This document shows positions 61,401-64,000 of a stretch of DNA of 64,000 bases, one piece after another. The position numbers and the translations under genes were made by a program. The stretch comes from a virus. Taxonomy: Duplodnaviria; Caudoviricetes. Position 1 is the first letter of the stretch, and every line of letters starts with the position of its first letter. The notes below the pieces were generated by a model, which searched no databases, was not told the DNA's origin, and worked only from the letters and a program-made list of their open reading frames with translations. The stretch lies in IMG/VR virus record IMGVR_UViG_3300044820_000139, positions 1,430 through 65,429 of that record; one strand, 5' to 3'.

Positions 61401-64000
61401 AGAAGCCCTTCATGCCCTCACCGCCAACCTTGAGGTCGAGTCCTTTCATCTCAGCGGCGTATTTTGGAACCGGTCGCTTTTTGTTCTCTTCAATCTGTTC
61501 CAGAGCGCGCTGGGCCATCTCCTTGCCAATCAGGTCCGGCAGTTCCTTCGGCTGTACCCTCTTGTCGATCACAACTCGGCCGTCTTTGTTGGCCGTCACC
61601 TGATAACCGAGACCGTCTCCAGGGAAGCCTTCGAAGTGAGATTCGAGCACGTGAAGGCGGTCCACCTGCTTGCTCAGGTCGTACCGTTCCGCCTGCTGCT
61701 CGCCCGGTGTCCAACTGATGCCGTCGTAGCCGTTCTCAGCCGCGTAGCGTACCATGCGCTTGAAGAGTAACTCGGGCCAGGTCTTCTTGAAGGGGGCGTC
61801 GGGAACGGTTGCTCCGCTGCCAGGATTCTTTCGGTCTACTAACTGGCTGAATTGATCTTCTTCGGCGCGATCCCTTCCCATTGTTCCCTTAGAGAGAAGC
61901 TCTTTGAACTCCGCCTCCTCTTCGGAAGTTAGCGGAGTAGCATAGCCTTTTGTCCGCCCCTTCTGATGCCAGTCGCTCTGTAACTCCTCAACGTGCAGGA
62001 GTTTCTCGCCGTTCGGTCCGGTACGGTCGTTGAATCGCACGTGGCCTAGTATGTTGGGTTCATCCCAGTGGCCAGAAGTGAAATTGGTTTTATTTGCCGC
62101 TTCACGTGCAGTGCGATACGCATCCCCATTCAGTCTAAGGAGGGCTGCTTCTGTAGCATCCTCGATGGTTGGATGCCGCCCTTCAAACGGTCTTGCATGA
62201 ACCTGATTAGGTGGAAGAATATGATATTTGCGGTCAGGTGGTTGGCTGGAGTCGTGTCCAACCTCGTATCCCGCCGGTAACTCCGTCAACTTCTCCGGGG
62301 CTTTTATTTCAGCCCCGGGCAGCGTCAGAAGCATCTCCCGATAGTTTTCACCGCCGGGAAGAGTGTAACTACCGTAGCGCGTTGGCCGTTCAGTCAGTTC
62401 CTCACCGCGAGCAATGATGTTTTCAATTGGTTCGCTGAGTTCTTTGTGGGTAACTTCCTTGATCTGAATTGCATTGGCCGCCAGATGTTCCTTTACTTCG
62501 TCCGGCGTTATCCGCGGCTTGCCGCGCAGATCCTCAAGGCCGCTCCACTTGATCTCGTCTGGCTTTACGCCATTGTTTTTGAGCATGTGAATCAGCGCGT
62601 CTCCCGGCATGGGCCCGCGCATCTTCTGCTCGATGACGTTGGCTGATTTCAGAAACCAGGGATTTTGGGTCTTGGTCTCGGGATCGTCCTTCGCGCGCTG
62701 GAAGAGCGAACCTTGTCCACCAGCTTCAGTGTCGCGGAAGAGTGGCGATTCCCTCTCCATCTCACCAGCCGCCCGGCTGATGCTGGGCCTGGGCGCGAGC
62801 AAGCGGTCAGTGAGTTGGCGGCCCTGCTCCTCGCCGGCGGCTGTCCTCTGTGCTTCGATGTCGCCTTCCATCCCTGGCAGGGCGGCCGAGCGCACCGGCG
62901 GCCTGGGCGCCTTGCGCTGGAATGCGCCTAGTTCACTTTCCTCCGCGCTGACTTTTGGAACACTTCGTTCGCCGCGGCCAGCACTGGGTCGGACTTCGCC
63001 GGACGGCTCACGTGAAAGTGGCCCTCCAGCTCCGGCGCGGCCTTCGCGGCCAGCCGGTCCACCTTTGATTCCAGGCGCCTGTGCTCCGCCGTCTTCATTT
63101 CTGGCTTCATACTCCCTCCGCACATCCTCGACAATCGGTCGTACTCGCGGGTCAACCTCGGGCAGGTTATCTAAAATCCCAATGCCCTTTTCGTCGATTG
63201 CTTCCGTCAGAAATGAGCGTACCAGAGATTCGCGCTGATCGTCAGAAATTTTGAACTCAGCATCTCCGGCCAGCGCTTTGGCCATCAGTTCCATTGCTAT
63301 GGTGCGCGGCTTGGCGTTCCGGTATCCCTGATCCTTCAAAAGACTGACAACATCTTGAAACTCCTGCTGGTCGGCCACAGATCCCATCGCATAACTGCGA
63401 TCGAGAGCGTGCTCACGCTGCCAGTGATGTGTAGCCTCTTCGCGCGCCGTGTCCGCCCGGTAATCGCCGCGCAGCACGGTGGCGCCGCCGGTGGATGTCT
63501 GGGCCTCGCGCAACGCGCGCGCCATGCGATCAAATCCAGCCTTAACGCTGGTAACCTCACCTTCACCAGCCTTCTTCAAGAGATCCAGAGCGGTGTTGAC
63601 TCCGCGCCGGTCCAGGCTCATTCCGGTCCAGCTTGATCCCGCTCCCAGCGGATTCTCACCTGCATCTCCCTTGACTTTACGGAAAAGCCGATGCCAGACA
63701 CCCTCGCCGTCCGGGTCCAGCAAAACAGCTTTGTGACCGGCAACATCAACCACACTCGTCTTGTGCTGGGCGGCATTCTCGGCCAGGTTGTGCGCGTTGG
63801 CTGCCGGCAACGTCTCAGTGCGCCGCGCCGCGCGGGTCTCGCTCTCTTTTTGCTCGACCGCCAAAACGTCAGCGGCGGCACCTGGTTGGATGCCGCCGCC
63901 TTCGCCTACTTCTCTGTTTTTAGATGCCGCTAATACCTGACTTGAGCGTTCATATCCCGCTTCGCCCGCTCGTTGGCCGATGCGGTCGTTTGCTCCACCA
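58432..64000 (-). CDS. Giant polyvalent internal-virion/ejection protein, C-terminal part (open at right edge)
   Basis: The frame of the 1810-aa track ORF stays open up to position 64000. Contains TAREEATHHW and the YREMLL...SGHW...HVRF...VEELQSDWHQ...PDAPF...GMKGFYD domain common in large phage virion proteins. Confidence 0.85.
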   Translation of the reverse strand, partial: GGANDRIGQRAGEAGYERSSQVLAASKNREVGEGGGIQPGAAADVLAVEQKESETRAARRTETLPAANAHNLAENAAQHKTSVVDVAGHKAVLLDPDGEGVWHRLFRKVKGDAGENPLGAGSSWTGMSLDRRGVNTALDLLKKAGEGEVTSVKAGFDRMARALREAQTSTGGATVLRGDYRADTAREEATHHWQREHALDRSYAMGSVADQQEFQDVVSLLKDQGYRNAKPRTIAMELMAKALAGDAEFKISDDQRESLVRSFLTEAIDEKGIGILDNLPEVDPRVRPIVEDVRREYEARNEDGGAQAPGIKGGPAGREGRAGAGGPLSREPSGEVRPSAGRGERSVPKVSAEESELGAFQRKAPRPPVRSAALPGMEGDIEAQRTAAGEEQGRQLTDRLLAPRPSISRAAGEMERESPLFRDTEAGGQGSLFQRAKDDPETKTQNPWFLKSANVIEQKMRGPMPGDALIHMLKNNGVKPDEIKWSGLEDLRGKPRITPDEVKEHLAANAIQIKEVTHKELSEPIENIIARGEELTERPTRYGSYTLPGGENYREMLLTLPGAEIKAPEKLTELPAGYEVGHDSSQPPDRKYHILPPNQVHARPFEGRHPTIEDATEAALLRLNGDAYRTAREAANKTNFTSGHWDEPNILGHVRFNDRTGPNGEKLLHVEELQSDWHQKGRTKGYATPLTSEEEAEFKELLSKGTMGRDRAEEDQFSQLVDRKNPGSGATVPDAPFKKTWPELLFKRMVRYAAENGYDGISWTPGEQQAERYDLSKQVDRLHVLESHFEGFPGDGLGYQVTANKDGRVVIDKRVQPKELPDLIGKEMAQRALEQIEENKKRPVPKYAAEMKGLDLKVGGEGMKGFYDKIVPDLANKIGKPFGSKVEETTIDVPPALGKEPFHYQGPERTIAEVREYISDGSHSAQLERQASDVYELMGRGIPFSEAIQKEGSPALAYDFGGKMDITKPTTAQPVPYLPVTDAMRGTVLREGQPLFQKPGETNPTSNTGQLWGRKNTRAQQQLAFGGPSTWQRALGGFRDWRDDNPDAGDDLRALVRERRGEMDRNVLQLKKSLEDTRKDFVTMPREDVTKFIDDVEHGRFRAIDPKYRDIAQGLHEIFVSDREELQRLDPEKLKNFYENYFPHIWDHSGKVARMMQAQSGTKPLFGSGSFLQHRTLYPPTFKEGIELGLEPKTWNPVDMALLKHAEIQRYIFGLKTVQDMKAIGLTRVFKKAADAPPNWVQLDDRFATVTRRNEAGEMVLEGHYYAPEPAAKSFNNFVSKGLAGRNGILDSVFTLNRSMNAVQLGLSAFHATASTINLGIGDIALGLEELSQGRPVSAAAHIARGAVPGASLARHLLVGNKVMREYLEPGSAAKYEAEANWVARAGGRPEQSVNLEPARWRQVTEDIRRGDYFKGTKGAIPGIIDLAGSWLMHGMIPRIKLGSFQDMAANILKEADHNNWSEEEIRSRMQSAWDSVDNRYGQMVYDNRFWNRVALEIAQLGIRSVGWQGGTYKEYGGGVTDAAKAFARAASRKKPEVTHKLAFSLATPIYTALIAAVGTYLMTGHKPDTDKYGLKAYSMIETADGTMLSIPGYSKNLMSVGEDVAQNGIPWRTAVNTASPAISTSLEMMQNKDYYGNEIRNEDDLYISKTLGKSQAGEYGKFIASQYIPFTVKSFQQQRQRAGEGEFSDISEEKSGGMSLLSYAGFQPATRVMQNSSAMNLAEHYRDETPQAPRTAEQAEHNRTFRNLVKALENGNLNQNKLNEAMEKGRITSRQYSEAVREAHWTPLERVTSRLSFTQAMQVWQKANPQEKASLRDLMAEKSQHQLETVYEQEGDQAAQELQARLKQQGILTD

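Overview
The window is a ~64 kb tailed dsDNA phage genome of podovirus-like organisation (no tape-measure or tail-tube gene seen), probably complete or nearly so. One giant minus-strand ORF runs off the left edge and another runs in from the right edge, and the two join in frame. The likely host is an Acidobacterium (inferred from a Fis-like HTH protein, an ...ARKRGPRK receiver protein and a DUF3800-like protein). Minus-strand late block (32.4 kb to 1, continuing 64 to 53.6 kb): signal-peptide tail fibres, lysis genes, portal, scaffold, major capsid, adaptor/nozzle, ejection proteins, a >=3,000 aa polyvalent protein, then the terminase genes. Two divergent early blocks start at sigma70-type promoters at 41.8-42.0 kb. 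Main highlights: (1) a circularly permuted two-piece tmRNA gene with G3-U70 and a 26-aa tag ending LQMAA; (2) a bacterial oriC-like origin (DnaA boxes, DnaA-trios, AT-rich tract) and no recognisable replication gene; (3) a groES-groEL pair in which GroES carries two C2HC zinc fingers; (4) a polyvalent virion protein with RelA/SpoT-like, 2H-phosphodiesterase and DdrB-ParB domains, plus a separate HD alarmone hydrolase; (5) three Cys-containing fibre-like proteins with Sec signal peptides; (6) a duplicated 10-aa-repeat gene cassette bounded by copies of the integrase 5' end. All protein family assignments are by motif recognition only; no searches were run.
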